From positions 281,232,001 to 281,296,000 of the forward strand of contig OZ024741.1 in NCBI GenBank assembly GCA_964016885.1: a stretch of DNA of 64,000 nucleotides. The letters are read 5' to 3'. A program made the translations under genes and the position numbers. Numbering within the stretch: position 1 is the first letter of the stretch; every line of letters starts with the position of its first letter. The notes under the pieces were generated by a model. That model did no database searches. It was given only the letters and a program-made list of their open reading frames with translations, and was not told where the DNA came from. This document shows, piece after piece, positions 1 to 13,192 of the stretch. Origin of the DNA: Eledone cirrhosa (taxonomy: Eukaryota).

Positions 1-496
1 ACTAAAAACTGCATACTATTGAAACAGTGCTGCCACTACTTACACTAGTGAGTTGTTTCTGTACAGTAGCACACTTTTACAACTAGAGTGACTGAACATT
101 TTTGAGAGCTTCATATTTTTGGCCATAGACATAATGCAGTGACAAGTTACAACATATTACATGTCCATCCTCACCCTTTCACTTTTTGACAATGTTCGTT
201 CAGTTAAGCCATCTATGTTTTCTATATATACTCAAATATAAAACAACCCCTTATTTTTTGTTTGAGAAATATGCAAAAATCCAAAGCCTGTTTATAAGCC
301 AAGGCAGGTAATCAACACATTATGTTTAGATGGTGTGGTTTTAAAATTCTCATGAGTGAAGAATATATTTATGAAGTTTTAATGTTTTGATAATTAAAAT
401 GTTCTATGTGTTGTTTAAATTTTTTAATGATTTTTAAACCAATCTCCAATCGTTTTGAAGGACATATCCATTCAAAACAAATAAAAAACAATACGT

Positions 497-880
497 GTGT
501 GCATGTGTTTGCCAGACAAACAAAAAGACCTGTTCTTCGAGCCCCTGATAAATGCAACCTCCCAAACCAGTAACACTGACTTCACCATTATTGCAGGCGA
601 CCTCAACGGACATGTGGGGCGACTAAGCGATGGATACCAAGGGGTCCACGGAGGTTTCAGGTTTGGCACAAGAAATGCGGAAAGACTGAGGCTCCTGGAA
701 TTCTGCAATGCCGACAAGCTGACTATCTGCAATACAAATTTTAAGAAACCAGCGAATCAACTGCTCACCTATACTTCAGGGGAGTGCACCAGCCAAATTG
801 ACTATATCCACACCAGAAGACAAGGCAAAGTGGAAGTCAAAACATGAAAAGTATCTTGGATGAGGAATATACCTCCAAAC
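497..880 (+). mobile_element. RTE-type LINE apurinic endonuclease fragment
   Basis: Motifs IIAGDLNGHVG, GVHGGFRFGTRN, LTICNTNFKK and SQIDYI, followed by a stop. Confidence 0.85.
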
Positions 881-1365
881 TTGGCCAGGCCCTACTCATA
901 ACAGCGCCACCCAGGGCTCTACTATGAGCAAAGCTTGATGCAGCCAACTGGCCAAACCACCCTTATAATGGGTCTACCAAGATCCCAAATCACAGCAACA
1001 GTCCTGATATTGTGCAAGGTACAGCACAGCCATGTGGCCAGACTTTCCAATAACACAGCTCTACTGTGTAAAACTTGGTCCAGCCAACTGGCCAGACCAC
1101 CCAGCTCCCAAACTATAGTTCTGCTGTGAGCACAGTACAGTGCAGCCAACTAGCCTGGCCCCTTGTAATGGGGCTATCCAATTCCACACTGTAAATGTGG
1201 TTGGTGTTAGGAGGGCATCCAGCTGTAAAAATTCCAGCCAAATTTACATTTCTATCTGAGCAAGGTATGGCACAGCTAATCTGGCCAGACTTGTCTCATG
1301 ATGTGGATGTCCTGTCTAACCTATGCAAGCATGGATGTTAAACGGTGAGGATGATGATGATGATA
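880..1365 (+). mobile_element. Retroposon with internal ~60-bp degenerate repeats and an RTE-type (GAT)n tail
   Basis: Repeated TGGCCAGAC units, then the GGTTGGTGTTAGG..GGGCATCCAGCTGT box and GATGATGAT. Paralog at 61900-62530. Confidence 0.7.
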
Positions 1366-2108
1366 TATACACACACTTTCTTCAGTAGAAGAAACACAAA
1401 GTTAAAATGCTCAAGCAATTAAATTTCATCCTGTAATGGGGGTAGTGGTGGTACCACGAAAACAGATGTCAGACCACTCTTTAAGGTTATAATGCTGGTG
1501 CCACAACAAAAACTCTACCCTGTAAAGTGGTTGGTATTAATAAGTGTATCCAACTGTCAAAATCTCAGCCAAAAAGAGGATCGTATGAGCATGATGTGAT
1601 CACCTAGCTAGCCTGTCTAGCCACATAATGTGACAGTTCGTCTAACCCATATAAATGTTAAACATTGATGATGATAAAGGCCTTGTATACCATAGACACA
1701 CATTCACACAAATACCCTCCATACATAGTTTTATACTTATGGTTGTCCATTGATTCCAATGATGGCAATTTTCTCCTTCAATTGTTGATCCTTTTGTGAC
1801 TGTACATCCCAATCGTTGCTGTGCAGTTTCTACCACAGATATAACATATAAATATTTAGTTTTAGAAGCAAGGTATCGATCCATGTACATGCCTCCTTTC
1901 TTGCTTCTCTTGGTAGTATTGCATGCATTTCCTCTCCTTGTCTTCAATCTTCTTTCCAAAGAAAGAATGCCAAAATGAACAGTTGGTAGTGATGCCTTCC
2001 ACTCTTGATGGGTTGATACTGCTCCATCAAAGTGGTCATCATTTGGTCATTAAACTACTTTTTTGGTCCTCTAATCAGGTAACAACTAAGGTGAAGCTAG
2101 ATATAGAG

Positions 2109-2430
2109 CAGTGGTTCTTAACCATTTTCTATCATGGCGCTCCTTCAAATTTTGAAATTCTATCCTGCATCCCTAGGTCTAGCACATAAGACCAAAAAAA
2201 GTTGAATTTTTAGCTGGAATATTCAGCTACTTAGTTGTTAATATTTAATTAAATAACTTCTATGATTTAATTAAATATATACTATGTTGAAACAAATGGA
2301 AAGCTATGAAACACTGAATGATGAGAAATAAAATGAAAGAAAAGTTGTTTTTATAGACCTCTGCTTGCACTCCTAAGAACTGTACCTAGCACCCTTTGGG
2401 GATGTCAGCAACCCAGGTAAAGAACCACTG
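2109..2430. mobile_element. hAT (Charlie-like) MITE
   Basis: TIRs CAGTGGTTCTT / AAGAACCACTG. The 8-bp flanks are ATATAGAG / CCATAGAG (6/8). Confidence 0.8.
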
Positions 2431-3166
2431 CCATAGAGGATCCTACATGCATACACACTATGTGACTAAACCAATGGTTCTCAACAGGGGTTGTTTTGGA
2501 GCTCCAGGGGTGTATTTTGGAGCAAGGAGGCATTAGGAGGGGGGGGGGGCGTTTGAAACTTTGGGCGGCGCTAGGCTATTTACTTAGGTAAGTTTTATAA
2601 GCCATATTGGTACGTCACTGAGACAGTCAGTGTGAATGCATTTGAATGAAGAAAACAAAGAAAATAAATAAAAGAAGCTTGTCAACGAATTCCCTAGGGA
2701 GATAAAAGGAAAATGAAAGAAATCAAAGAAAATGAAAATAAGGACTACCTCAACTTTTACAACAGTTACAAGAACAACAGAAACAAGAAAAAGAAGCAAT
2801 GGTATGAAAAGTGTGGGTGTATACATATACATACAATCATACACACACATGCATACGTACATACATACACACACACACACACACACAGGCCAGCGTTGGT
2901 GTTTGATGAGGTTGAGAACCTTGTCAGCTTTCAGCCAGAGCTGTGGTATTTAATCTCCCTAGGTAATAAAATCTGGAGACAAAAAACATAAATCATGTCA
3001 ACATCCTTACACACTTAAATATAAATGCATGTATAATATACAAATGTATAAATAGCTATATACATAGGTAAATGTATGTATGTAGATTTATATATATCCC
3101 GGGTTGAATCGGAGTTAACCACAGTAAGTAAAGTACTCAATACATTGCAGAGTATAAAAGTTTTAA

Positions 3167-3280
3167 TATAGAAGAGCTTCTACAGGACTAGAACTGTTTC
3201 ATTGGTGAGAAATCATCAGGAAGCTTCGTGATGATTTCTCATGAATGAAACAGTTCTAGTCCTGTAGAAGCTCTTCTATA
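3167..3280. ncRNA. Palindrome of two back-to-back minimal hammerhead ribozyme motifs
   Basis: Minus strand 3176-3224 reads GCTTC CTGATGA tttctcaccaat GAA ACAG-ttctagtc-CTGT A GAAGC. The plus-strand mirror copy has GTGATGA in the core. Confidence 0.75.
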
Positions 3281-3309
3281 TATATATATATATATATATG
3301 TTTTCTTTT

Positions 3310-4480
3310 TTCAGTCTGGTCTACCTCTGGTGTTAGGGTCTGTACCGTAGATAGAACTCAATGTAATCTTGTAAAATCCATAGAGAAGTTCTGTGTTTCG
3401 CTGAATTAATTCTGCCGAGGAGATATGCAATGTCAAGTTTGACGACATAGGGTGGCAACAGGCCACTTTACCTGTCAGGTACGGCAGCCTTGGCCTCCGG
3501 TCCCCGATCTCACTAGCTTTGCCGGCGTATCTTTCGTCGGTAACCTCGTGTCGCGTCCTCGTCAGCAGGGTTCTTCAAAACACAACAGAACCCTCTGTGT
3601 TCAGAGAATGTGAGGCCGCCTGTGAGACGTGGGACTGGCTGGGACTTAGCCCAGTAGACGTCCCTCCTCCTTCTCCCTCTGTTGACGTCAAGTCCCCTCC
3701 AACGCACTTGGGATGCCATCCAGTGCAGCCTGGCCTCAGACAGGCTCATACGCCAGCTCGACCAGCACCGCCTTGCTTGTTTTTGTGCGGCCACCAAACC
3801 CCACAGTGGTACCTGGCTCCATGCCCTGCCCTCCTCCACTGGCACGCAGCTAGACAACCATAGTCTGCGCATCGGCATTCCCTTGAGGCTCGGCCTCCGG
3901 ATCTGCCAGCCACACCAATGTCGCTGTGGTTCCACCGTGAACTCTTTCGGCCTCCACCCACTTTCCTGTCGCCACAGTGTCGGCTGCATTCCACGCCATG
4001 CTGCCCTCAACGAGGTCATTAAGCATGGCTTGAATGCTGCAGGCTTCCCTTCCCAGCTCGAGCTGGTGGGGCTGGATTGAGGGGACGGCAAAAGGCCAGA
4101 TGGCTTGACCATCTTCCCGTTCCGTGGTGGCAAACCCCTCGTCTGGGATGCCACTTGTACCGACACTTTCTGACAGGTTTGCGGTCGTACCCCTGGCAGT
4201 GGAAACTTCTGGTGTCCTCGGCCCCAGGGCTACCTCCTTACTCACCACAATAGGCGCTGAGCTGGCCAGCTGCAAGTGTGAGCCCCGCGAGTTGGAGTGG
4301 CTTTTCCAGCGCGTCTCCCTTGCTGTCCTCCGGGGAAACGTCTTCTCCATTCTGTCCGCCGGGGCTGTGGGTGGGCCCCATCGCGTATCATTTTTGTAAA
4401 TATGACAACAGTTTATGATTTTAGTAAATAATTGATATTTAAGAGTTAGATATTAGGTATTAAATTAACAATAAAAAAAA
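3310..4480 (+). mobile_element. 3' part of a CRE-like non-LTR retrotransposon (zinc knuckle plus restriction-like endonuclease), disrupted
   Basis: [45 protein letters not shown] and LFQRVSLAVLRGN. Contains a stop and a deletion between DTF and DRF. A-rich tail. Confidence 0.85.
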
Positions 4481-4821
4481 CAACAAAATAAAAACAAAGT
4501 TATAAAGTAACTTGACTTTGTTCTTTTTATTTTCATTAACTTGATAACACACACATATATATACGCGCAGTGTGACAAGAAGCTTGCTTCCCAACCACAT
4601 GTTTCCAGGTTCAGTCCCACTGCCCGGGTCGACCAAGGCCCTATGAGTGGATTTGATAGACCGAAACTAAAAGAAGTGCGTCATATATATGTCTGTGTGT
4701 GTCTTTGCATTTGTGTTTGCCCTCCCACCAATGCTTGTTGGTTTGTTGATGTCCCCATAACTTACCAAGGTGATGCTCCAGCATGGGCATAGTCCAGAGA
4801 CAGAAAAAAAAGTAAAGTGTA

Positions 4822-4854
<33 letters not shown>

Positions 4855-4962
4855 ATGTGTGTGTGTGTAGAAGAGGCGTCTCAAACTCAAGGACATAAAA
4901 GGGCCATTACGTCCTGGAGGAGAGGCACTGGGCCAAACGTGGTGGTGGGTGATGATTTTCAC

Positions 4963-5180
4963 CAGTTATAATCATTTCTACTATAGGCACAAGGCATGAA
5001 ATTTAGGGTTTAGGGTCCCGTCGATTACATCAATCCCAGTTCACAACTGGTACTTAATTTATCGACCCCAAAAGGATGAAAGGCAAAGTTGAGATCGGCG
5101 GAAGTGAACTCGGAACATAAAAACGGAAGAAGTACCGCTAAGTATTTCGCCAGATGTGCTAACGATTCCACCAGCTCCCT
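4963..5180 (-). mobile_element. tRNA-derived SINE with a Deu/Nin-like core
   Basis: Reverse complement of TTGCCTTTCATCCTTTTGGGGTCGATAAATTAAGTACCAG with a degenerate tRNA head. Confidence 0.7.
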
Positions 5181-6440
5181 ACCTTATTTTCACCAGTTAT
5201 AATGGAATCTGAAATATTGGTTCTACCACAGGCCATAGAAAAGTAGTTTGTGGGCTGCATGTTTGAGCCCCCTGTTGGAGAGATAGATAGATAGACGTGT
5301 ACCAAACACACACACACACATTTCTTACTCTCTCTGTCTCTCCCTCTTTCGCTCTCTCTCCCTCTCTTTCTCTCTCTTTTCAAAGTTAACTTTGCCATGC
5401 AATCAGACATGCAATGACCCAGAACTTACCAGGAGTCATATATAGAAGTGATTCTAATAAGACCCTGCCAGGTCCTGCGGGTGGACTACACTTACAGAGA
5501 TCATTGATTTGGAGATCTGACTCTTCATGTGGAATGTTCGGTGGGGGGGGGGGGAGCACTCTATGATAGAAGGTAATCATCCTAATATGAACACCTTTAG
5601 TACTTCTTGATAGACTACACTGTAATTTATAGATAAGATACTTAAATTTAGAAATTGTTTATAACCTTATATGATGGGAACTCATTTGAGACACCATTAA
5701 TGTACTTTAGGATAATAAATTTAGCTATAGTTACCTCCCCTTACGCATTAACTCCCCTTAATCACACACACACTTCCGGAATATAATACGATGTCATCTC
5801 TCACAACAAAAACAACCTGATCTATAGAATCGAATTAAAGAACGACAAGCTGTGATGTTCTAGCATGGTTCACCAGACATCCAATGTTGAATCATCGTGG
5901 ATTGTGAGATGGACATGTAGTCTATAAATTGCGTTTCCTGGATTGTGAGAGTGGTGGTGTGTACGAGGACAGTGGTGCTGTTTTGCTTCTCATTTGTAAT
6001 ATTTTTGATATTTTTAGTGTTTCTCCACACACGGGCTTCTATATCGTACAGGTGTGTGTGAATAATGCTTTACCAGTTCAGCCCCCATGATGCTCTTAAT
6101 TGCCTGCTTTGACTGCTTGTTTTACTTGTAACAATCTGCCGCACTATAATCTTGTATAAATAGGACACGTGTGCATGCCACATGTGTGACTGTTGCATAC
6201 ACTGGCTACTCCAAACTTTCCTTTTGCTTTTTCTTAGTAGACTGCCAATGTTTTATTTTAATTTTAATTTTAATTTTAACTTTAATTTTGTCCTTTAATA
6301 TGACTGTAATCTTTGTATGTAAATTACCATGCTATATTATAATAATGGATGTCAACCCACTGTGGGTCAATATATACATATGTTTCTATATGTCTCTTGT
6401 GTTGAAAAGGAGGTCAAGTATGTTAAAAATCACTGAATAA

Positions 6441-6489
6441 TTGCTCCAAAGACTCCAAACCTCGGTTTGGAAGAAACAATTGTAAGCAA
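6441..6489 (+). ncRNA. Degenerate minimal hammerhead motif
   Basis: TTGCT ccaaaga ctccaaac-ctcg-gtttggaa GAA ACAATTGT A AGCAA. All three stems are intact, stem III is palindromic and an AATAAA follows. The core has two changes. Confidence 0.65.
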
Positions 6490-6552
6490 ATAAATGATTT
6501 AAACAGAACTTTGTTTCATGTAATATCTCTCTCTCTATATATATATAGATAA

Positions 6553-6995
6553 TACATTATAAAGAAAGAAGAAACATTAGACATAAAATAAAAAAATATA
6601 ATATACCTAAATTCCTTCATTATCCTCGACTACATTGCACTTTGCAAAAACATTACATCATAGAGATGCAGTATTTTTGTGAGGTTTGCCGACTTATCAA
6701 GAGAATACCTCAATTAGAGTTTCAAAACACGTCCGTAGAACGTGAGATAGAATCCCGAAAGGCGGAGGGGGAACTTATCATGTGATAACAGCGGTCAAGA
6801 AACAGAGTTAAGCCTCTTACAACCAAGAGAAAAATACCACAAAAGGCAGAGGGGGTATTTATGTCAAGGCCATAGACGAGTTGGCTAGGGGGGGGGGGGG
6901 CGAGAAGTGTGGGCGTAGTCGAGGATAATGAAGGAATTTAGGTATATTATATTTTTTTATTTTATGTCTAATGTTTCTTCTTTCTTTATAATGTA
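6553..6995. repeat. 81-bp inverted repeat (6553-6633 / 6915-6995) with a 281-bp spacer
   Basis: The arms are exact reverse complements by eye and lie between (TA)n tracts. Confidence 0.9.
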
Positions 6996-7151
6996 GCTCT
7001 GATATTGAATCAATCTAATCCATTCAGATTATTTTGTCCCTATTATTCATAGAGCAACAACGGTTAAGGTTGGCACCACGCAAATTCAGGGATATATGCA
7101 GGTATATGCATGTATATGTATGTATTCGCATGTGTCTGTGTATTTCTTTGT

Positions 7152-7198
<47 letters not shown>

Positions 7199-7542
7199 TG
7201 ACGAGAGCTTCAAGATAGAAAAGAATCATCTGTACTCCACCAACATGGTAAAATAGAACATAAGGTTACATTAGAGAACATAGAAATAAAAATACTCCAA
7301 CCAAAATTAAATAGAAAACAGGAATGGAATCACAACTTACAATTAAGGACAAAATGAAAACACACACACACATAGAACAAACAACCAACCAGTAACATGT
7401 AAATAAACAAATAAATAAACAAATATAAACACACACAGACACCCGGATGTAACACATGCACAAACTAAGCACACATCACACACAAAAACAAGATGGCCTA
7501 GGACATCAAGGAGAGGCACAAAAACAAAAAAAAGAATCCCCA

Positions 7543-7585
7543 GTCACTGAAGAGGTCACAGAATGTGTGACGAAAGAACTTTGAC
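7543..7585 (+). ncRNA. Minimal hammerhead motif
   Basis: GTCA CTGAAGA g gtcaca-gaatg-tgtgac GAA AG-aa-CT T TGAC, inside a cassette bounded by (TA)n at 7156-7197 and 7796-7848. Confidence 0.65.
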
Positions 7586-7793
7586 ACTATATGAACAACC
7601 GTCCGGTTGTGGAACCAACCAACCAACCGGAAATTTATAAATTCTTAAATTTATAAATTTAATTTATAATAAATTGGAGTGAAAGCAACTGGTGCGTGTG
7701 TTTCTTATTGGCAATATGACCCTCCCAAAGCATAACAATATCGGTTTCAACACATGTTTTCAGATAAAGAATCTTGCTAAACAAATTCAGAAA

Positions 7794-7852
<59 letters not shown>

Positions 7853-8011
7853 GTTGTTATTTGACGTTGTTGAAAAGAGCAGTGACCTTTGACCTGGCAA
7901 TAAAAACTGGAGCCAAAATTCTTTCTGCACCAAAAACAAAGCACACACAGACACACACACAAGTTTGTGTGTGTGTGTGATAGTGTGCGCGCGCGTGTAT
8001 GTGTGTGTATC

Positions 8012-8074
<63 letters not shown>

Positions 8075-9586
8075 GATACAAATATTGTTTGCTCACTGTC
8101 ACTAAGCATCTCAATTCATTCGTTGCAACTAAGTTTGTGATCGAGGCACTTTATTTTGCAAGGTACTATTTTTCCCTTGCGTTTGTGATTCAAGAGAAAG
8201 GTAAGACATTCTTCATATTTTGCATCTTTTGTATTTTGACTTTACAGTTTGAATTGTAGAATTGTCTATCCACTCAAAATATTACAACAGCTAACAGTGA
8301 AATATAGAATTTAAAAAAAAAAGCTTTTTCGCCTGAGATCAAACCTTTGAGAACATTCACGTCTTTTTTTCAAAAATATATAATTTGAAATATTTTGCTT
8401 TTGTTCTGGACTGAAATTTTTTTGTATTTAATTCGTACGAGTATTTTTTAAAGATTTTTAAAAAGATTCTAACATAACTTGATTTGGCCCAGTAATCTAC
8501 TGATATTAAAATGAGTAGTATATTGAAAAATGGAAAAATAGGGTAGGGGGCGCTTCGTGATTTCGAGGGCCGAAATGGATTGAGAACCTTCGGTCTAAAC
8601 CATCCAGGTTGATGCCAGTATTGTGTTGATTTAATGTTGTTGGTGAGAGTTTGACAGGAGATTTCAGTGTGTGCTATCCTATCTTGCTAGTAAACTGAAA
8701 CGATCTTCCCTAGACATTGAGTGTTAAAGACCTAGGTTTTAATGTGTTGGCTGTTTGTGATCTATGTGCTGCATCTATATAAGAGAGAGGAAATATAGAT
8801 AGTAGATAGGAAACTTAACCTTGGTATTGAGACTGAAATGGTTATTTACATAAACCTTCTTTCTGAGCCTTCTAAATAATATCACACATACATACACATA
8901 CAGATGCCCTCCATACAGTCATACACATCTACAGACGCACTCATTGATGCCACTGCATTACAAGCCACATAAAACCAGAGACACATTAGATAACATAGTG
9001 CATACAAACACACACAAACATACAAACATACATGCACACACACATACAGAAACACACACACACAAACACATGCACACACACATACAAGCGTGTACTCACA
9101 CATACACATATGCACATATACAAACACACAAACATACAAATACACATGCACACACAAACACACACACACACAAACATGTACACACATACATACAAACATG
9201 TACACACATATATACAAACACATACAAATACATGTACACACACTCACACACAAACATATTTACACACACACACACACATACACACATATTCATTTAGACA
9301 GAAGCAACTTTACTCAATCTTAGCAACATCATAAAAGCATACAGCTGCCTCACATACCACAAAACTCCTACACAGGTTCTTGCCTCTGCTGGTGCTATGC
9401 TGAATTTACAATATTTATTCCTGTTTTGTCTCACCCCTCCACCCAAACCGTCAGCTGTGTGCTGTCTATATGTATACAATCATAGAGAAAATGTATCTAA
9501 CACAGAAAACAGCAGAAATATCAGTCTTCATATTTATAATGTCAGGGATATTTCTAGAGTAAATACCTGTTTAAATATCTGTTTAA

Positions 9587-9983
9587 CCCTTTTCATTCTA
9601 AACTACCTGAAACTGTCTAAGGTTTAAATATACTAAGCTGTTTATTTCACAATGTTTATATTTATCTAAAAACTTTCCAGCAAAATCTTATGTAAGAACC
9701 TTTGTTAAGTTATGCTCCAAACACCAGCTTAGTAAGGAGCAAATGACTTATATTATTAAATTCTTCCAAATTCTTGATTATTTTCAAAAGTATTTGAAAA
9801 CCATAGGCAGTGTCTTGATTATACAAACACATACACAAACACACACACACACGCACACATAAACACACAAACATACAAACATATGGACACACACAAATAC
9901 ACAAACACACATATATAAACACATGCACAAATACACACACAAACATATGTACACACACATGTGTATGTGTGGTAATGAAAGGG
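9587..9983. mobile_element. piggyBac-like MITE
   Basis: TTAA|CCCTTTTCATT ... AATGAAAGGG|TTAA. Decayed relatives near 15890-16120, 21340-21583 and 24480-24892. Confidence 0.7.
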
Positions 9984-10399
9984 TTAAATCATTCATTGGA
10001 CATATAACACAATAACTCTGCTAGTAAATCATTGATGGCCCCTAAAACACATGTCCAATGAAGATAAATACCATAATAATAATTTTTAAAATTGGTCAAC
10101 TGTTTTAGGAGAGGGGAAGGTATAGTTGATTAAATCATCCTCAATACATGTTGACTTTATTTATTGACCAGGAAGGATGAAAGTACATACAAGCACACAA
10201 ATACACACAAATACACACACATACAGAAACATACAAACACACATGCACACACATACAAACACATGTACGTACACATTGGCAGAATCTGAACTTGGAACAT
10301 AGTGCTCTAATTAAATAAAAGACATTTTGTATGATGCTGGAACAATTTGACCAATACAATATTACAATAATTGTATACATGTATGTGTGTATGTGTGTA

Positions 10400-10436
<37 letters not shown>

Positions 10437-10716
10437 TCATCATCATATATTTACAACCCTTATTATATATATATATATCACGATAAATTAACAGAGCTAT
10501 AGGCCCTCGCCATTCCCTGTAAATAATGTGCTCAAAGGAGAAGAAATCCTGAGCTCTTTAAAATACAATATGTTGAAAAGGTAACACACCAGAGAGAGAG
10601 ATACAGTGCGCTATCAATAAAACAGGGAAAAAACCACCAGTGTATGGAGTCTATAACCTATGTAAGGCAGACTATAGACACGATAATTAAAAATATAAAT
10701 TAAAGAGTAAATAAAT

Positions 10717-11110
10717 GGAAGCACATGGCTTAGTGGTTAGAGCATTGGCCTTGCAATCGAAAGGTTGTGAGTTCAATTCTCATACCGGGTGATGTGTTGT
10801 TTCCTTGAGCAAGACACTTTATTTCACATTGCTCCAGTTCACTCAGCTGTAGAAATGAGATGATATGGACCCCAGTCCCTATCATTCCACTGCAAAGTGG
10901 TCGTGGAGGTGCCATGGCAAAAAAGCACCCAGCACTCACTGTAAAGTGAACATGTAGGTGCCACGGCAAAAAAGTACCCAGCACTCACTGTAAATGAGGT
11001 TAGTGTTAGGAAGGGCATCCAGCTGTAGAAATCAAGCCAGAATCAGTTCCCGTCCCACCCTTGCAAGCACGCAAAAGCGGACGTAAAATGAAATGATGAA
11101 ATGATGATGA
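10717..11110 (+). mobile_element. tRNA-headed SINE with a CORE-like centre and RTE-derived tail
   Basis: A box TGGCTTAGTGG, B box GAGTTCAATTC, CCTTGAGCAAGACACTT centre, and a tail shared with the RTE 3' UTR. A close copy lies inverted at 49678-50022. Confidence 0.85.
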
Positions 11111-11129
11111 TATATATATAGCCACTCTA

Positions 11130-12612
11130 CCTGGCATTCGTCGATCTTGAGAAAGCTTTTGACAGAGTTCCACGTGCTGTAATCTGGTAGATGAATGGCT
11201 TGTGAAAGCTGTACAAGCCATGTATAGGGGAGCAGTCAGCAAATTTAGGATTAGCAATGAGTATAGCGAGGAATTTAGCGTACAGGTTGGGGTCCACCAG
11301 GGCTCTGTTCTTAGCCCCCTCCTGTTCATCATAGTCCTGCAGACAATAACGGAGGAGTTTAAGACCGGATGCCCATGGGAACTCCTGTATGCTGATGACC
11401 TCGCACTTATAGCTGAATCTATGGTAGAACTAGAGAAGAAATTCCAAACTTGGAAGCAGGGACTAGAAAGAAAGGGTCTCAAAGTCAACATGACAAAGAC
11501 TAAGGTCCTTGTAAGTAGACGAGAAGACAGAACCCAGATCCCCTCAGGGAAATGGCCTTGCTCAGTATGTAGGAAAGGGGTAGGTAGGAACTCCATTCTC
11601 TGCCCCAAATGCAAACAATGAGTACACAAGAGATGTAGCGGGATCTCAGGAAGCTTAATTAAAAATGTAGGCTTCACATGCAGCAGCTGTTCTGGGACAG
11701 CAAGCAGCAAACAGCCACAGGAAACAAGTACCACCAATCTCTGGGAGGGCTCTGTAGAAACAGTAGACAGCTTCTGCTACCTAGGTGACCGAATTAGCAG
11801 TGGAGGTGGGTGTTCAGAAAGTACAATAACTAGGGTAAGAACGGGATGGAAGAAGTTTAGGGAACTACTACCACTGCTAGCTGCAAAAGGCTTCTCCCTC
11901 ACAATGAAAGGCAGACTGTATAATGCGTGTATCCGAACAGCGATGTTGCATGGTAGTGAGACCTGGGCGCTGAAGGTGGAAGACTTGCATAGATTAGAGA
12001 GAAACGAAGCCTGCATGCTCCGATGGATGTGTAATAGTAATATACACGACCGACAAAGCATAAATGAATTGAGAGAGAGACTGAGCATAAGAGGAATCAA
12101 ATGCTGTGTGCAGGAGAGGCGGTTGCATTGGTATGGACATGTAATGCGTATGAAGGATGACAGCTGCATAAAAAGGTGCAGAGCACTAGAAGTCGATGGA
12201 AACCGCGGAGTGGGGAGACCCAAGATGACCTGGGATGAGGTGATAAAAGCCGACCTTACCCAATTACACCTCTCAATCAGGTCACGCAGTTATACAGAGT
12301 ACCCGACCTCCCATGGGTACAAGCTGAAGCATATAGACAATATGCCACCACACCCCCCACTGCAAGGTGGTCGTGGAGGTGCCACGGCAAAAAAGCACCC
12401 AGCCCACACTGTAAAGTGGACGTGTAGGCGCCACGAAAAAGCACCCAGCACTCACTGTAAATGAGGTTGGTGTTAGGAAGGGCATCCAGCTGTAGAAATC
12501 AAGCCAAATCAGTTCCTGTATGAGCAAGGCATGGTCAGCCGACCAGACACTGCCCACAACAGCTAGCGTGGAAGAACGGACGTAAAACGGTGATGATGAT
12601 GATGATGATGAT
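11130..12612 (+). mobile_element. 5'-truncated, disrupted RTE LINE (RT, PHD-like insert, 3' UTR)
   Basis: AFVDLEKAFDRVP, GVHQGSVLSP, LYADD and RRLHWYGHV motifs, with stops and frameshifts. Ends in (GAT)n. Confidence 0.9.
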
Positions 12613-12909
12613 ATCCAATCCAGAGCCTTCTAATTCCTGTGGGAGGAACCCCTTCCTGATTGACCTCCATCGCTTTCTGTTTGGTTTTGGTCATGTCAGG
12701 GGTGTAGCTGTACTCACCGTGTGGGTTAGTGAGTCTATTTAACTCATTGTTGGGGAAGATAGCTGTTGACTCTAAGGAGTTCATCCACCTTTTTAACAGC
12801 TCTTGCTGATGGGGTTCCGACTTACCTTCCTCAGCAGATCAGGGTCTGGTGGGGGAGCCAGTGTAGTCGCTGACTGCTCTTTTTATTTCTCCTTTTATCT
12901 TTCATTCCA

Positions 12910-12945
12910 TCTTCTGATGAGGAACTAATGTCTGAAACCTTAAGA
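12910..12945 (+). ncRNA. Degenerate minimal hammerhead motif
   Basis: TCTT CTGATGA gga-actaatg-tct GAA ACCT T AAGA. Stem III may be a decayed ACGT palindrome. Confidence 0.5.
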
Positions 12946-12971
12946 CTTTTTTCTACAATATCAAACATCAA

Positions 12972-13192
12972 CCCTTTAGCATTTACATTATTCTATATTT
13001 ACTATTGTATTTTTATGGTAAAGGCTTTATCTTACATAATTATCTCACATAATATCGAATCTATGAGATTTTGATATTATTTATTTTGAGAACAATACCT
13101 TAACATCAGTATGAGTGGCCAGTTACAGCCAGTTTGAACAGAAAGACGTGAGAGAATTCTTGCCGGATATGGCTGCTTGAAATGCTAAAGGG
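12972..13192. mobile_element. piggyBac-like MITE
   Basis: TCAA|CCCTTTAGCATTT ... AAATGCTAAAGGG|TTAA, with a 13-bp TIR. Confidence 0.75.

Noticed and set aside
5001-5015. TTTAGGG x2, telomere-like
   Set aside because: Only two units, inside the variable part of a SINE.
5540-5880. Poly-G plus TG...CA segment as a PPT/LTR
   Set aside because: The spacing is wrong for a PPT, and there is no second copy or TSD.
9440-9560. Candidate upstream ENO4 exon
   Set aside because: No convincing similarity or splice pair. Upstream exons were not identified in this window.
10717-10790. tRNA gene
   Set aside because: A/B boxes are present, but the sequence runs into SINE core and tail, so it is a SINE head.
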